Program-made: the position numbers and the translations under genes | Source: Podarcis liolepis | Taxonomy: Eukaryota | Reading direction: 5' to 3' (one strand) | Length of the DNA: 64,000 bases | Assembly: GCA_965112155.1 (NCBI GenBank) | Contig: OZ218100.1 | Notes under the pieces: generated by a model | Told to the model about the DNA's origin: nothing | Databases searched by the model: none | Seen by the model: the letters and a program-made list of their open reading frames with translations, nothing else | Shown: piece by piece, positions 24,421-37,928 of the stretch | How positions within the stretch are numbered: the first letter of the stretch is position 1 | How the letters are laid out: the number at the start of each line of letters is the position of its first letter

Positions 24421-26105
24421 CTACAGGTTGTAATCCTAAAACTAGTATAATGGGGAGAGAGTTCATAATATAAACAAGACTAAGCAAAGAAGGAGAGCAA
24501 CTCTCCAGCCAACACCAGTCTGTTTCATTAGATGGCCTCTTAATATTACAGTGCAGTCCTATACATGGTTACTCAAACCTAAGTCCCACTGAGTTCACTC
24601 CTAGTAAGCTGGCCAGTTGCTTTATACGACAAAGAATTTAGGATGCTTACCAATCGGAATACAAACATAGCAAGAATAATAATAACCTCAAGGTGCTGTT
24701 CTCCTGGGGTTTTTTATAATAATAAAAAGAGTTGTAAAAAACCCTCAATTTCTTTTTTTAACAAAAATATATTTCAGAGCTCAAAATTTCAGAAATGTCA
24801 GGATGGGCTTTGTCAAGACTTATACAGATTCCTATTGAACAAAATAAATTTACATGCTCAAATATGCTATTTTCTTTATTGTTGCTTCTCATGCCTAGGT
24901 TGTTCTGGCACTGAAAACCAGGTCAGTTCTGAGTCCTCTTCAAATTAAGTCTTGATGTTGAATTACTGATTGTCTACTTTATTCTAAAAGCTTAAGTTGT
25001 TTAGTAGACTCAATAACCCCTTATTAGCCCCTCAAGGATAGCAAAGGCTTTAGATTACTCCGTATCAGGAAATTACAGCAGCTTGCATCAATGCACTAAT
25101 TAACTTCACTGACTCATCAACAGCAAAAAAACAAACAAAAATCGAGATCTCCAACTGGACAGCATAACTTTGACCTTTACATCCAAACCTCTCTCCCTGT
25201 TCAGGGGTTGGAATACAGAAACCAAACTGATTCGCATGACTCTCTGGGGGCTGGTGTGCACTCCCTGTGCACACTTTGACTAACACAAACAAACTTCCCC
25301 CATTAAGGAATTCTGCAGAACCATGTTTACAATGGAGAAAAACCAGCGAACGTGCAAGAAAATCCACAAGGGGAGCAGCGTGGTATAGAGGTAAACATTG
25401 TAATGGTGGTTTTGTTTTTGTTTTGTTTTGTTTGCTAGTCACAATAGTAGACAACTATTCCAGATGAAAAACCATCTTCAGTCACTCAGTCCCCAACCTT
25501 CCTTGTGTTGATGAGGGGGTCAGGTCTGCAATGGGCTTTAATTCGCATCTCTTGAACACAAGTGGAACACCCTGTGAACTCTGTCCATACATGAGCAGGG
25601 TCTTGCTTTGTTGAGAGGAGTGGGGGGACACTTTTAGCCTTGCCCACAACATCTCTAATGCTTTCTGCAATGACTATGTGTTGTGTGTGATTGTCTGCAG
25701 TGAAATTTCAGAGCACAAACACGTTTATGCTTAGGCACACCACGTGATTGGGATACCTGGTTGTGCAAGTGCATCATGTGAGTAGACGCTTGCACCTTAG
25801 AATATCACTCCCAAACCACCCTGAGGAACATGTCATTGTTGCAGAAAGGATTAGAGATTGTCAAGGGCTCAGAAGCATATCCCAGTGAGTTCAATGTAAC
25901 TTACTCCCTAGTAAATAAGCATGGTTTGGAGGAATGGCATTTCAAATTCTCAAAAATCAACTCACTCTGACAGGCCTTGACACTTCAGCATCTTACAGTG
26001 ACTGAAGGAAGCAAATATGGTGCTTTATTTGTTCTATTCATAACAGTCAATGCATAACTGAAGTTTCAGATGATCAGATTTTCATATAATAGCTGCAGGA
26101 AAAGA

Positions 26106-26107
<2 letters not shown>

Positions 26108-26160
<53 letters not shown>
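26108..26160. repeat. (GT)n microsatellite
   Basis: Pure GT run. Confidence 0.98.
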
Positions 26161-26163
<3 letters not shown>

Positions 26164-26627
26164 TGACTGCGCTAAGCCAATTCTACAAATCTCTTGTTCT
26201 ATCACAGTCACAGATAAAGGAGATATTGCTCTTACCTAGTGTTTTTGGCATCTATCCAGCTCCACTTTTTTTGTAGCAATATTAATTTCTCTTTCTACCA
26301 GTTGCAGCTGTGAACAAAGGGGGGAGAAGTCATTTTTTACTATCTTAGCAGGATAGAACACACATTCTAATTTATCACTGAATTAAGTTAATGATCAACT
26401 GCTGCAAAACTTCCTTGGAATGACCTCGAGACAGTTGGAGATCAGCGACATCGTTTTCTTGCATCTGGTCCCCCCACCCACTCTGTGCTTTGACTATGGC
26501 AATAGGTACACATTATAGCAACTGATTTAGAGAGAACTTATTCAGCACTTTGTAGTACAGGAGTAAACAGATCGGCCATTGTTTTTCCATTGGGGTGCAT
26601 AAGCCAATCTACACCAAGAGGCATATA

Positions 26628-26853
26628 CAGTGGTACCTCTGGTTAAGTACTTAATTTGTTCCAGAGGTCTGTTCTTAACCTGAAACTGTTCTTAACCTGA
26701 GGTACCACTTTAGCTAATGGGGCCTCCCGCTGCCACTGTGCCGCTGCTGCACGATTTCTGTTCTCATCCTGAGGTAAAGTTCTTACCCCAAGGTACTACT
26801 TCTGGGTTAGCGGAGTCTGTAACCCAAAGTGTTTGTAACCTGAGGTATCACTG
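26628..26853 (+). mobile_element. Tc1/mariner-type MITE (CAGTGGTACCTC-GGTTA family)
   Basis: TIRs and TA TSD at 26626-26627 and 26854-26855. Confidence 0.9.
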
Positions 26854-27884
26854 TATGCAAGTCCCACTTTGTTGGAGGAAGCAGCCAAAACAGCAGTGGC
26901 CTCAGCAGTCAGTTCTAGAGACTAATCGGAATGCTTGGCATTCCACAATTCCAATTCCATGCTTGTCACCTTCAGGGGAGACTTTTAGTACTCAGGAAAA
27001 AGAGCAGAGTATCCATATTTTGCACTGCCACCGATGAACCCCCTTATCTTTATCTAGGTAAGCAGAGGTGACTTCACCTATTTTGTTTGCCTCCTTCCAT
27101 ATCAAAACTACCATGTTTTCTGCAGTTGGGTATTTTTATGGAGTTAGATGAGAGCTTTTGATCACCTTGGCTGGGGGCAGGCATCCTCAGGCACAGGGAT
27201 GAGATGTGACTCTCTGGGCCTTCCTCTTTGACCCTTAGGATTCTTCCCAGACCCCACCTCTTCCTGGACCTGTGCCACCTCTTCTTCAAGTGCTTTTGTC
27301 TGGCTGGAATAGGTGCTTGACCTGTCAAAATGCCTCTTGCTTGCTTGGATGGAGGTGTGTGTAAAAACCTTGGACTTTTACAAAGCTGAAATGTAAGCCC
27401 ACGGAGCAAAAACACTTACATGGCTCCCATCCCAGCACTTTATTACTCTTGCTGTGGCTGCTTCATCTTAACCATCACCATCCTGACAAACACAACGCTG
27501 CCACCATGAGAATACCATTGCTTCTCTAACCTGCCAACAAGCCACCGCCATATTTGTTTGAAGTCTTCCATAGAACAATGACTACTTAACATGCAGAAGA
27601 AATGCAAGGAAGTGATCTTTCAATATACAAAGGATAGACTGATCTAGGAATCTAACCTTTAGATCTCATGCAAGTTGGGCTGGCCAAGTTGGATGCTTTA
27701 ACACTCAAGGTAACTACAGACTTCATATAAAAGGAGAAAAGCTTTATGTTTCCATCCCACCATCTCACACCACAATCTACAACACCTACTGCAAAACTCC
27801 ACAATGTGTGTGTGCTTTTGCACAGTGCAAGAATTAGTTAATGTGTGTACCTTTTCCAGCATGGTTACATTATACAAACTGAGA

Positions 27885-28115
27885 CTAAGTGTGGATGTAG
27901 GGTGGGGGTTAGAGTGTCACACTATGGCTTGGGAGACCAGGGTACAAGTTGCCATGCAGCCATGAAGCTTACTAGGGTGACCTTGAGCTTAATCATTGCC
28001 TCTCAGCCTAAAATACCCCCCGGGTTGTTGTGAGGATTAATGGACGTGGAGGAGAACTATGTGCACCATTTTGAACCCCTGGGAGAAAAGGGTGGATATG
28101 AATGCAATCAGTAAG
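27885..28115 (+). mobile_element. Old Squam3/MIR-like SINE
   Basis: Degenerate tRNA head, GGGTGACCTTG...CTCTCAGCCTA...GGGTTGTTGTGAGGAT core; related copy at 49441-49647 (-). Confidence 0.65.
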
Positions 28116-28356
28116 TAAATATTTTGTCCATTATAAAATTATGAATAACTCCAGGTTATTTATTTGGGGCTGAAAGTCCAAGGAAAATGGTGGGTTCCTT
28201 CTCAAGGAACACATTATGTGAAATTGTAGACTGTCTACTGCTTACATGGTGTGGATGTTAAGGCAAGCATCTTAAGTTTCAAAATCAATGTGTGTGCTTT
28301 TTTGTTGAGTGCCTTAACTGTGGCAATAAGAAGGTTTTTTCCCATTAAGTTGAAAA

Positions 28357-28735
28357 CAGTAGCTCCCAAACTTTTTGTTTTCCCACAAACAACTTGAAAA
28401 ATGCTGGAGATCCCTTAATTATTTTTCCGCCTGTTTCAGCAGTTGTAATGTGCTGTGCCAGATGCTGTATGATTTTTTATTGCTGCTTTTATTTCTTATA
28501 TATTATATTTTATTGTATTACAATTTGAATTCCATAGAATTAGAAGTGCAGTACAATAAAATACAGTAGAAGAAATAATTGAAGCATTAAAAGACAATTA
28601 AAAATCAATATGCATACTTAATTCTGTGTCCCGTATTTAACCACAAATCCGCAGACATGTTGTGGATCACCTAAATGAAGCTAGTCTGCCACTGGTGGTC
28701 CACAGATAACAGTATGGGACCCCCCCCCCCCATGC
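28357..28735. mobile_element. Old hAT-type non-autonomous element
   Basis: CAGTAGCTCCCAAAC left end and degenerate GTATGGGACCCC right end; AT-rich interior; TSD not clear. Confidence 0.45.
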
Positions 28736-29635
28736 TAGAATAACATTTCATGCACATGTAAGCATCCTATCTGGGCCTTTCAAAATGGAAAAGTCAATGT
28801 CAAGCAAGGAGCTATGAAGCTTCATCAAAGTGTGTTCTTTAGAAAATCTTTCTGGAAGCTTGCATGTTTCTTAAACCATATACATGCCCTCTGATTGCCT
28901 CCATACAGTCAGCAGAGGCAATGGAACAGCTGCTGGTTTGGCCCCACCGTTAATTTTAATTGGTCTCTCTCTCTCTCTCAGCACCTGAATTAATTGTGGG
29001 TATTTGGTCTAAACACTGTTTTAAACATTTCTGATGGTTCTGGTGCATCCCTTTATGAGGCACCAGATGTGCAGGTCCTGAAATAGCTACTATCAGCTTC
29101 TACCCACAGGGAAAATGATGGGCATTTGAAGTGTGGGGTTTCAAAACAAGGATAAGGAAGAAGCCTCTAGTTGTATGGTGTATATGTGTTCATTATAAAA
29201 GAAAGAGGGTCTAGCGAGACCCCCCAAAAGTGTTATGAAATGTGTTTTTGCATTTTCCCAGGCTTGAGAGTTGCAGCTGGATGGCATTAGAGGCCTGGTA
29301 ACATCAGCACATCATGTTACATTTGACATTTCTCCCCCAACTTTTTTTTTAAAATCTCCTTAATGCCACAATATCCTCCAAAAGGTTATCAGTGTGTTTT
29401 TGCAACCCTGGAGCATTTAAGCAGGTGAAGCGCAGGGCACAGGTGATTTAGCAGGGTGTTCATGCCATCAGCTAAAGCAAAGCAGCCTCCTCAGCTTCAT
29501 CTGCCTCTCTTGCTCTGGTTTCCTGAATTAATCTGATTCTCTGGAGAGCAGGTTTAGACAATCCCAGTACTGGGACAAAATATCAACAGAAAAGAGGTAC
29601 AGTTCTTGCAGCAGTTCTTCCCTACGCTCCACCAA

Positions 29636-29639
<4 letters not shown>

Positions 29640-29685
<46 letters not shown>
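29640..29685. repeat. (GA)n microsatellite
   Basis: Pure GA run. Confidence 0.98.
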
Positions 29686-29690
<5 letters not shown>

Positions 29691-30510
29691 TGGGGAGTCA
29701 AATGTTTACAAATGTATACTTACAAATATATGCAGCCTAATGTTATGCATGTTACTGTTAAGTATAATTGTTTAATTGACACTGAAATGGAGAATGCCTA
29801 TGTGTATTGCTGAAAGGGTTTAACTGGAAGATTCCACTGAAGCTAAAGAAAAGCGAGAAGGGCTCTCTGAGCTCTCTACTGGTTTGATAATTAACTATTG
29901 TTGTTCTTAAGTAGCTAACACATGAGTGTCACATGAGAGCTATTGAATTGCAAATTTGCCATCTTGGAAGGGTGGTGGCTGAGTCTTTGTACTCTGTGAC
30001 AGCGTGGATGTGTAAATGATTCTCCTGAAGGGAGTGGATACAGCTCAGGGCAAAATGGAGGCTGTAGAAAGAGAGACTTCTGCTTCTAGGTCTGTTTGGA
30101 AGTATATTTTATTTCTAAGATGCTGAACCTGTGCTGGACAGCACAAGATATTCTATGGAATTATTTGGATGTATCTTTGATGTTTTTGTTCTGTTTTGAA
30201 GAAAGTTCTGCAAGTAAAGTTTTGAACAATCTAATGGGTCTGGCCAACGTTTCATTGCAAAAGGAGTAAGTTTTTGTGCATCCAGTTGCTCCAAACTGTG
30301 CAATATTAATATCTGCAATAGTTAGTAACCCTCCCCAAGCAAAAATGGGCCTTACTTCCAAGTATATATCCATATAATTCAGTTGGTAGCATAGAATTCA
30401 TTTTCACAGAACTGTTTGTTTGCGGCATTCCCAAACACCTGAATTCATCCACAAGCAGTTCTCAAACATCCTGTCTCTGTGGTACATATGGAAAGAAGTT
30501 TCAATGCAAT

Positions 30511-30662
30511 CTGCCTTATACTGAGTCTGCCCATCCAGCTTAGTATTGTCTACAGCGACTCTCCTGGATTTCAGGCAGGCGTCTCTCCCAGCTCTACCCC
30601 AGAGATGTTAAGGATGGAACCATGGGCTTTCTGCATGCTTTATTACTGAGCTATGGCCCTTC
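30511..30662 (-). mobile_element. Squam2-like SINE (tRNA head, CR1-like tail)
   Basis: Minus strand reads GGGCCATAGCTCAG...GACTCAGTATAAGGCAG; related fragments near 61020-61110 (-) and 62955-63165 (+). Confidence 0.65.
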
Positions 30663-32017
30663 TCAATTTTCCACAAATCTTAATAAATACATCTCAGATC
30701 TACTGCGTCCCAAGAATATTTGGCTTAACAAATTTCTTCAATAGAAAGCAACATTTCCAGGATGCTGAACTTCATGAGTTTGGTAGAAAAAATGTTTGAG
30801 AATGTAAGACTAGTTAATTTATTTAACCTGTTTCCTTACATTTATATCCCACCTTTCTTCCATCATGGAACTCATGCATGCAGTGACCAGACCCAGACCT
30901 ACTTCACACCCTCCAATGTTACTCAGATGAAATTAGGGATATTTCTCATTCTCTCCCAACTGATCCTCCTCAGCCCCCCATTTTTGTCCCCTTACCGCAG
31001 AGAATTTCCTGTCAGAAAAAGGATGAGTCTAACTACCACTATGCCAAAGGGACACGGCATACATGCCCTCCTCTTAATCCTGATTTGTTTTTATTTTATT
31101 ATCTGGTAGATTTACAAAAAGAAAAACACACACCAATAAATAAATTTTAGAAGGGGGCAAGATTAGATGCAGACACACAATGCATTTTTTAAAACAAACA
31201 AACAAGAAAACCTACAAGAATTGTTGTGCTCTGCTCTCCAGCAGCCACTATGAGCTGTCCAAGGTAGGAGGCCAGCAGCAACGGCCATGGAGAGGTGATG
31301 GCATGCCTCACTAACATGGATTTACACAAATATATAAATTCCGTTGCTGCATAAAACGTACAGTTTAATAAATAAAAATAACAGTAAAAAGAATTGCTCA
31401 GTTGGCATGATGGGCCCCCAAAAGTCTCTTGCAGGAGACTCCAGATTTTGTGCTGCAGTCCTGATCATTACATAGCAGTCCTTAAATTGCACCACTATTA
31501 GCTGTAACTATTGACTATTGTCAGAGCTTTGCTGCCGCCAGTGAAAAGGTCAGGCCTTTTCATTTGTGTTGTTTTTATGTGATGAATACCAAATAATAAA
31601 ACACACAGTTTATTGGGCTGCTGAGTTTTGTTTTGTTTTCTACAAATCCTCAGTCATCACTTTTGCATCTGCCTCTTCCACCTCCCCCCTCCCCCCCCGT
31701 TACTTTTAATGTAAGCTAAGAAAGTAGCACTTTATATTAGTGCTGTTAATTTCCCAGAGAAGAATAACACCAGCCATATGCTTGGCTCTAAAGAACCTAA
31801 GGATTTTGCATTGGGGACATGACGACATTGAGGATTTCCCCCACTAACTTGGCAGATTGGACTTGGACTTTATGGAACCAGGGGCAATGAAGATTCATTA
31901 CCCACTGAAGTCAATCTTTTATGATGTACTTTCCTAAAGGTTTGCCAAAAAAAAAAAAATCAAGCTTGCTATTAGGACGCTGAAAGAAGTGTGTACTGCC
32001 AAACACAGCAGTACCTA

Positions 32018-32270
32018 TTCAGAAAAGGGTGATTAAAATGACCAAGGGGATAGAGCCACTCCTCTAGGAAGAACAGTTGCAGCGTTCATGGCTTTTTAAT
32101 TTAGAGAAAAGGCACATAAAAAGTGACATGATAGAAGTTTATAAAATTATACATGGCATAGAGAAAGTGGATAGAGAAAAGTTTTTTTCTACCTCTCTCA
32201 TAATGCTAGAACTCATGGATATCCAATGAGGCTGAAGATTTGAGACAGAGAAAGTACTTCTTCATAGGAG
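32018..32270 (+). mobile_element. CR1 LINE ORF2 3' fragment
   Basis: QKRVIKMTKGIE...LEKRHIKSDMIEVYKIIHGIEKVDREK resembles the CR1 ORF2 C-terminus. Confidence 0.8.
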
Positions 32271-33132
32271 TATTAAAGTATTATGTGTTGTATACATGAG
32301 CACTATACTGTAATTCCTGCACCCAAAATGACTGATAAGTAGTCAAATAAGTAGTCTGAGGGTGGTTCTCTGTGTGTGTTGGGTGGGGGAGTTAAGTTGT
32401 GACTCGGAAGGGCAGAAGTTAAGGATTGCTGCTGGTCTAATGCTCAGAAACTAATTAAGCACCCTGCGGAAGCTATTAGGTGATGAAAGGCTCGGACTGA
32501 GCTCAGACATTGCCCCCATTACATTTGCCTTTAATTGCTTAGGCAGCAAGTTTTCAACTTGTGGGCTAGTTTTTAGAACAGAGCAAATGCCAAGCGGGGA
32601 TAATGAGGGATTTTCTGATACCTGATAACCACAACAGGAAGTTTTGCCCTGCTCACATCTGCAGCAACTCTTCTGCAAGAGCTGAAAAACATACAGAACA
32701 CTTTGTGTTCCTCCCCCCCCCCGCCCCCAGGGCTCAAAGAAGAAATGCAGCAAAGTATGCTTAGCTCCTCGCAGGACTGCCAAGATAATAATAGCAGCGT
32801 GGAGCCCTCGCCACACTGTTTTCGTGATATTTACAATGTGATATTCAGCAAACACAGCACTATGATTCAGAGTTTGAAAGGATATTCTAACCAAAGCGAG
32901 TGCTCAAAATAGGGATGACACTAGGGGAAAGGATTTGGTTATTTCAATAACTGTGTAGTTGCCAAGACAATTGATAGTTATAATATACGCCTTTCTAAAA
33001 AGAAATCCTCCTTGTGAACTCATATAAAGCCTTGTGCTTCCAAATTTCAAACAGAATCTCATACCTATTTATTGACTCCCTGCTTCCTCTGGTCTCTGGA
33101 ATTATTGCTCCCCCATCTCCCTATACTAGCAC

Positions 33133-33254
33133 TGGACAACCAGCTGCCCTCCAGATGTTTTGGACTACAACTCCTATCAGCCACACAAAGCACTGGTTAG
33201 GACTGGTGGGAGTTATAGTACAAAACATCTGGAGGACACCAGGTTGGCAAAGTC
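33133..33254. mobile_element. Old palindromic hAT-type MITE
   Basis: CCTCCAGATGTTTTGGACTACAACTCC...GGAGTTATAGTACAAAACATCTGGAGG inverted arms. Confidence 0.7.
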
Positions 33255-33274
33255 CTAGTCTGTATACCTTATTA

Positions 33275-33410
33275 CAGGCATCCCCAAACTTGGCCTTCCA
33301 GATGTTTTGGGACTACAACTCCCATCATCCCTAGCTAACAGGACCAGTGGTCAGGGATGATGGGAGTTGTAGTCCCAAAACATCTGGAGGGCCGTGTTTG
33401 GGGATGCCTG
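33275..33410. mobile_element. Palindromic hAT MITE (CAGGCATCCCCAAAC ends)
   Basis: Perfect 15-bp TIR; left TSD CCTTATTA at 33267-33274; right TSD reduced to CCTG by a 4-bp loss (see finding). Confidence 0.92.
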
Positions 33411-33659
33411 CCTGTCTGTCCTAGTCTGTATTACCTTATTGTTACCTTATTGTTTCCCGATATTTATTTCAGACTGTAAACCCCTTGCCAGGAGAGACCT
33501 GTCATACAAAGTGCACCAGGTTGGTGAATATTGGACAAGGGTAATGAGAAAGCAGCAATTCCAGAGGCAGCAGGAGAAGGAAAACAAGGAAACATAGGAA
33601 TGACATTGAGTTTGAAATTGGCAATCCTGTTCTTTGTAAAGTGTTGTGTACATAGATGC

Positions 33660-33660
<1 letters not shown>

Positions 33661-33705
<45 letters not shown>
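33661..33705. repeat. (ATT)n microsatellite
   Basis: Pure run; a second one lies at 34523-34568. Confidence 0.98.
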
Positions 33706-34521
33706 GCCGTAGAGCAACAACACAGGGTAGTGAGGATGCAATTATACTTCCTTTTCGTATTTCCAAGCCTTCCACTGTGCTTCTCATATGTTGCGAAACG
33801 CAACCGGATGAACTTTGCTATTCACAGACTCATTCTCCTGCAATCCATCTAACAGATCTTCAGAACCAGGAAGAGAAAGATGCAATGATCTCCATAGCTT
33901 TGGTTTGGATGAAAGTGACATGAAGCAATTTCTCTTTCAAAGGGCAAACAACATTCTGCTGAGTTTCTGTTAAAGGATGTACCTGTGATCCATTTTGTTG
34001 TGCTATGTGCAGGAGGAACACAACTTTTGTGATTGCTTGTTCGTTTAATGCACTGATCTATCCTACGTACCATGTAAAAATGGATGGATGACAGCCACAT
34101 CAAAGCACCTTAGAGAAGGCACAGTAGAAGTGTGTTGAGAAGGAAAGCTTCTTTATGACTCTGTATCTTTAATCCCATACTAACTTCCTTCTGTGGTAAA
34201 AGTTGCTTCCATGAATTTTTAGATGGCAGTGTAGAGTTTTGATAACTCTTTGTCCTTCATTATAGACCTATCAAATAACAAAACACAATGGATCATATTC
34301 AGTGTAGTTCTAAAATGAACATTCAGTGTAGTTCTAGAGTGAACAATGATTTTTCCTTCCTTGGCAGGATGTCCTTTCCCCCCTCTGTGCATCTGTTCTA
34401 TGTTAACCCTTAACCCTCTGGAGCAGATTTGTGGGTGGTGCATGCCAGGAAAGAGAGGGGGAATTCCCTTGTGCTAGCAAAAAAAGTTAGTTGAATACTT
34501 CTCAATGTTCCAATCCCAAGC

Positions 34522-34569
<48 letters not shown>

Positions 34570-34620
34570 AAGGACTTTGTATGTAAGCTCTGGGCACTGT
34601 TTGTCTATAATAGTCTAAAA

Positions 34621-34792
34621 CTGTGGTTCCCAACTGGTGGTCCATGGTCCATAGCCCACTCAGGGGATCTGTGGCACCAGTCACATAACCAAAACTACCA
34701 CAGAGGTATCAAAATTTGCAAAAGTAGAGGGTCCATGGTTTGGCTTTTGAAAAATAGGGGGTCCACAGTACTTAGCTAATTGGGAATCACTG
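34621..34792. mobile_element. hAT-type MITE
   Basis: TIR CTGTGGTTCCCAA / TTGGGAATCACTG; degenerate 8-bp TSD GTCTAAAA / GTTTATAA. Confidence 0.7.
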
Positions 34793-37498
34793 GTTTATAA
34801 TATACACTCATCAAATAACAAAATGCAATGGCCCGAAATCCAGCAAATTCTCCCCCCCCCCCCCTTCAAAACAGGAATTGATGTGTGTAAGCTCTATCAA
34901 AGTGAACTGTGGTTTTATATCAGCATTGCCTGATGGCTTAAGCCCACGCAATGTATTTGATATGGAAACATCCACAGAGATAGATGAGAGGAAGAAGACT
35001 TGCTAGAGTTACTTTATTGTTTCATAAGAGTTGCTGGAAATATTTATGTTGGGCTTTGAAACAATTATCTGCTTTCATTAGTTCAGTCCATTTATTTTCT
35101 GGTTTTCCTTCCTTCAGCAGCATTGACTCAGATAGAATTCATACTCTAATGTTTGGTACCCACTGAACACTAATCACACATTTGTAGTATTGATCCATAG
35201 CTTTCACATTTACTACAGTTAAGCTGAAAAACAGTCACCTAAAGAATTCAACACTGTACAGTTTTTTGGGGGGTGGAGCACAAATAAGACACAATGGCCT
35301 GCTTTGTTATCAGTTGGATATATTTTATCAATATTTAGCAAATATAAAGGGAGATTTTTACAAGCACACTTCCTCCTACACAGGATGCGTTTTTAAAATT
35401 ATCCTATGGTGATATTCAAGTGGAATTCATAATGGCTCCGAATTCATAATGCAGTCAACATCTATAAAACCATGTGGTGCAACACAGAATTGCAACCAAA
35501 GCTTGTTTTGAGGAAGTTCTGCTCCCACCCACTCCCTGTATTTTGAGCTTCTCAAGGCCAGTAACAGCTTGCTGACTAGCTCAGAGAACCACATTTAAGA
35601 GTCTTCACTCTAAGGCAAGTTCCTTTGAACTCACATGAGATTGACAATGTAATCCTATGCCTGTCTTCTCAGAAATATTATTATATTACTGATATTTATT
35701 GTTTTATTTATTCATCACTTTTCTCACAAAACGGGTCCCAATGGGGCTTTCAAATTAGTAAGATACATAAGGCACTGAAATTGCACAAACATAATCAGGG
35801 AAACAAAGTACCTAAAATGCTCATCCATCAATATTTATAAAAAGGACAAATCCTACTTCCCCATTCTGCTAACATGATGACAAACTGAGGACAGGGGACA
35901 TATCTAATTACCCTCCAAATTAACTATCAAAAGCTGGGTGGAAAGGTTTTAGTCTGGTGCCTAAAAACAGAGCATGTCGGCTACAAGTATGCAAAAGTCT
36001 AATTGAATTCAATGGGACTTACTCACAGGTAAAGTGTATATAGGCTAAAATTCTATATGCATGTGCCTGTGAAAGATATACATGGGATTGCAGTATTACT
36101 TTCCCCCTTATAAAATAGATTTCACCTCCCTTTTCTTTCAGCCTCTTGTTTCTTTCTATATAACTCCAGCACCATCACTGTCTATTTCCTGATTCAACTG
36201 TTCATACCACCATAAACATTTAGCCTTTAAAGTGCCACTGGAGTCCGTTGTTTCATTTTTGTGAGTAATTCTACAAAAAATCCTCCTGGAGTGATCCTAT
36301 TCTATTAAATATTATTAGTACACATAGCCCATAATATAAAATAAAATAAACATGGGATCTGAAAAAAATCTATAGCCCTTTTCGTTTTCGGTTTTAAAAA
36401 ATAAATTTCTTGCTGACTTGATTTTGCCGCTGTGTATTACCCATTACGTATATTTGAAGGGACACTGTCCATTATAAGGATACACTGTGGTTGCATACTA
36501 CCATCTAGAGTCTAAGGATATACTCACAGCCCTTTCACATGACTGAATTTTTTAAAATATAGTTTCCCACATATAGGGAAACAAGGGAAGTATTTTCCAC
36601 ATCATTTCAGTGGCCACAGGAATCTCTCTAACATAAATGCACATACCCTGAGCCAAAGGTTCTGGCGTCTTCATCAGGGACCAAAAAGTAGCTCTTCAAT
36701 TGACTCTATGAGCAGCTAGCACTGAAACAAATTTTGGAGGAAATTCTCAAGCAAATTCAAATTTGCTTGCCTTCAAAAAATACCGGTACTTTAATTCTCT
36801 GCACATTCCAAGTCATGGGTGGTGCTGAATTTAGGGTGTTAAATGTAAATTGTTCAACATTAACATTCCCAATAGGATTTCAGACTCCATTCTTACATTT
36901 TGCCACATATCAGATAAGCACATTTTATTTCAGCAACGCACATAACACTGCTCATTTCCAGAAACCTATAAAAATGGAAGGGCCCTGCTTATTTTGAGCT
37001 CCATGTCACCTTCAGCCACTCAAGGAGTTTTGGAGGAAAATGCTTTGCTATTTTTTCCCCCCTGTTGGCAACTCTAGCAAAGCCTTATAGTCAGGCTTTA
37101 TAACTGCTGGCCGGGGGGGGGGGGCAGGGGGCGGGGAGGACACAAATGCTTAGTGAAGAGCCTGCCAACAGCTATACCGGTACAATGTCACATCTGGTTT
37201 TATGCCACATTATCGGGGATTTGCAGATTGAGAAGGAAATGGGAAAAAGCCCAAGACTGCAAAGCACCAGACAGAATTAGTAGCCACTGATAGCCTTAGC
37301 CTCCATGATTTTTTCCCTAATCCTTTTTAAGGAAATTCAAGTTGGTAGACATTGCTACATCTTGTCGGAGCAAAATCCATACTTTGTGTACTGTGTGAAG
37401 TAGTATTTCCTTTTGGCTGTCTTAAAACATTCAAGTCAGCTTCACTAGATGCTCCCAGGTTCTAGTATTAGGGAGAAAAGCATATTTCTCTTTCTGAC

Positions 37499-37526
<28 letters not shown>

Positions 37527-37529
<3 letters not shown>

Positions 37530-37844
37530 TATTTATTCAGTGGTCTGTGTTTGCCTGAGCTTGAGTCTGGACTAAGGATTCTGAGCTCCTGTGTTCTAAT
37601 TCGATACATGATATCCAGTCACAGAACATTTCAGGATTTGGGCCTCTGCCATTGGCCCTTAAACTTTGAGTCATGATTCGCAGCTTGGAAGTTTAGACAG
37701 CCAGTCACTTTGGGAGTGGGAGTGGCCCAGGCCTTCAGAAATATATATAAGCAGTTGCTTTGCCCCTGTTGTCCAGTTCTGTTACTTCAATAAAGGCTCT
37801 TGCTGTTATCACTGTGTCGTGCCTTGTGGGAACCCACCTATACT
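37527..37844 (+). mobile_element. Solo LTR-like element
   Basis: Starts TGTTA, contains TATATAAG then AATAAA, ends ...CCTATACT; sits inside a (TCTG)n tract so the TSD is uninformative. Confidence 0.5.
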
Positions 37845-37928
37845 TCTGTCTCCGTCTCTGTCTCTGTATCTGTCTCCCTCTCCCTCCCTCTCTCGCTCTC
37901 CCTCTCTCTCTCTCTGCTGTCTCCACAC

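Noticed and set aside
32703-32912. Exon-like ORF after a poly-C tract (GLKEEMQQ...)
   Set aside because: No homology recognised and no partner exon; the acceptor depends on a homopolymer run.
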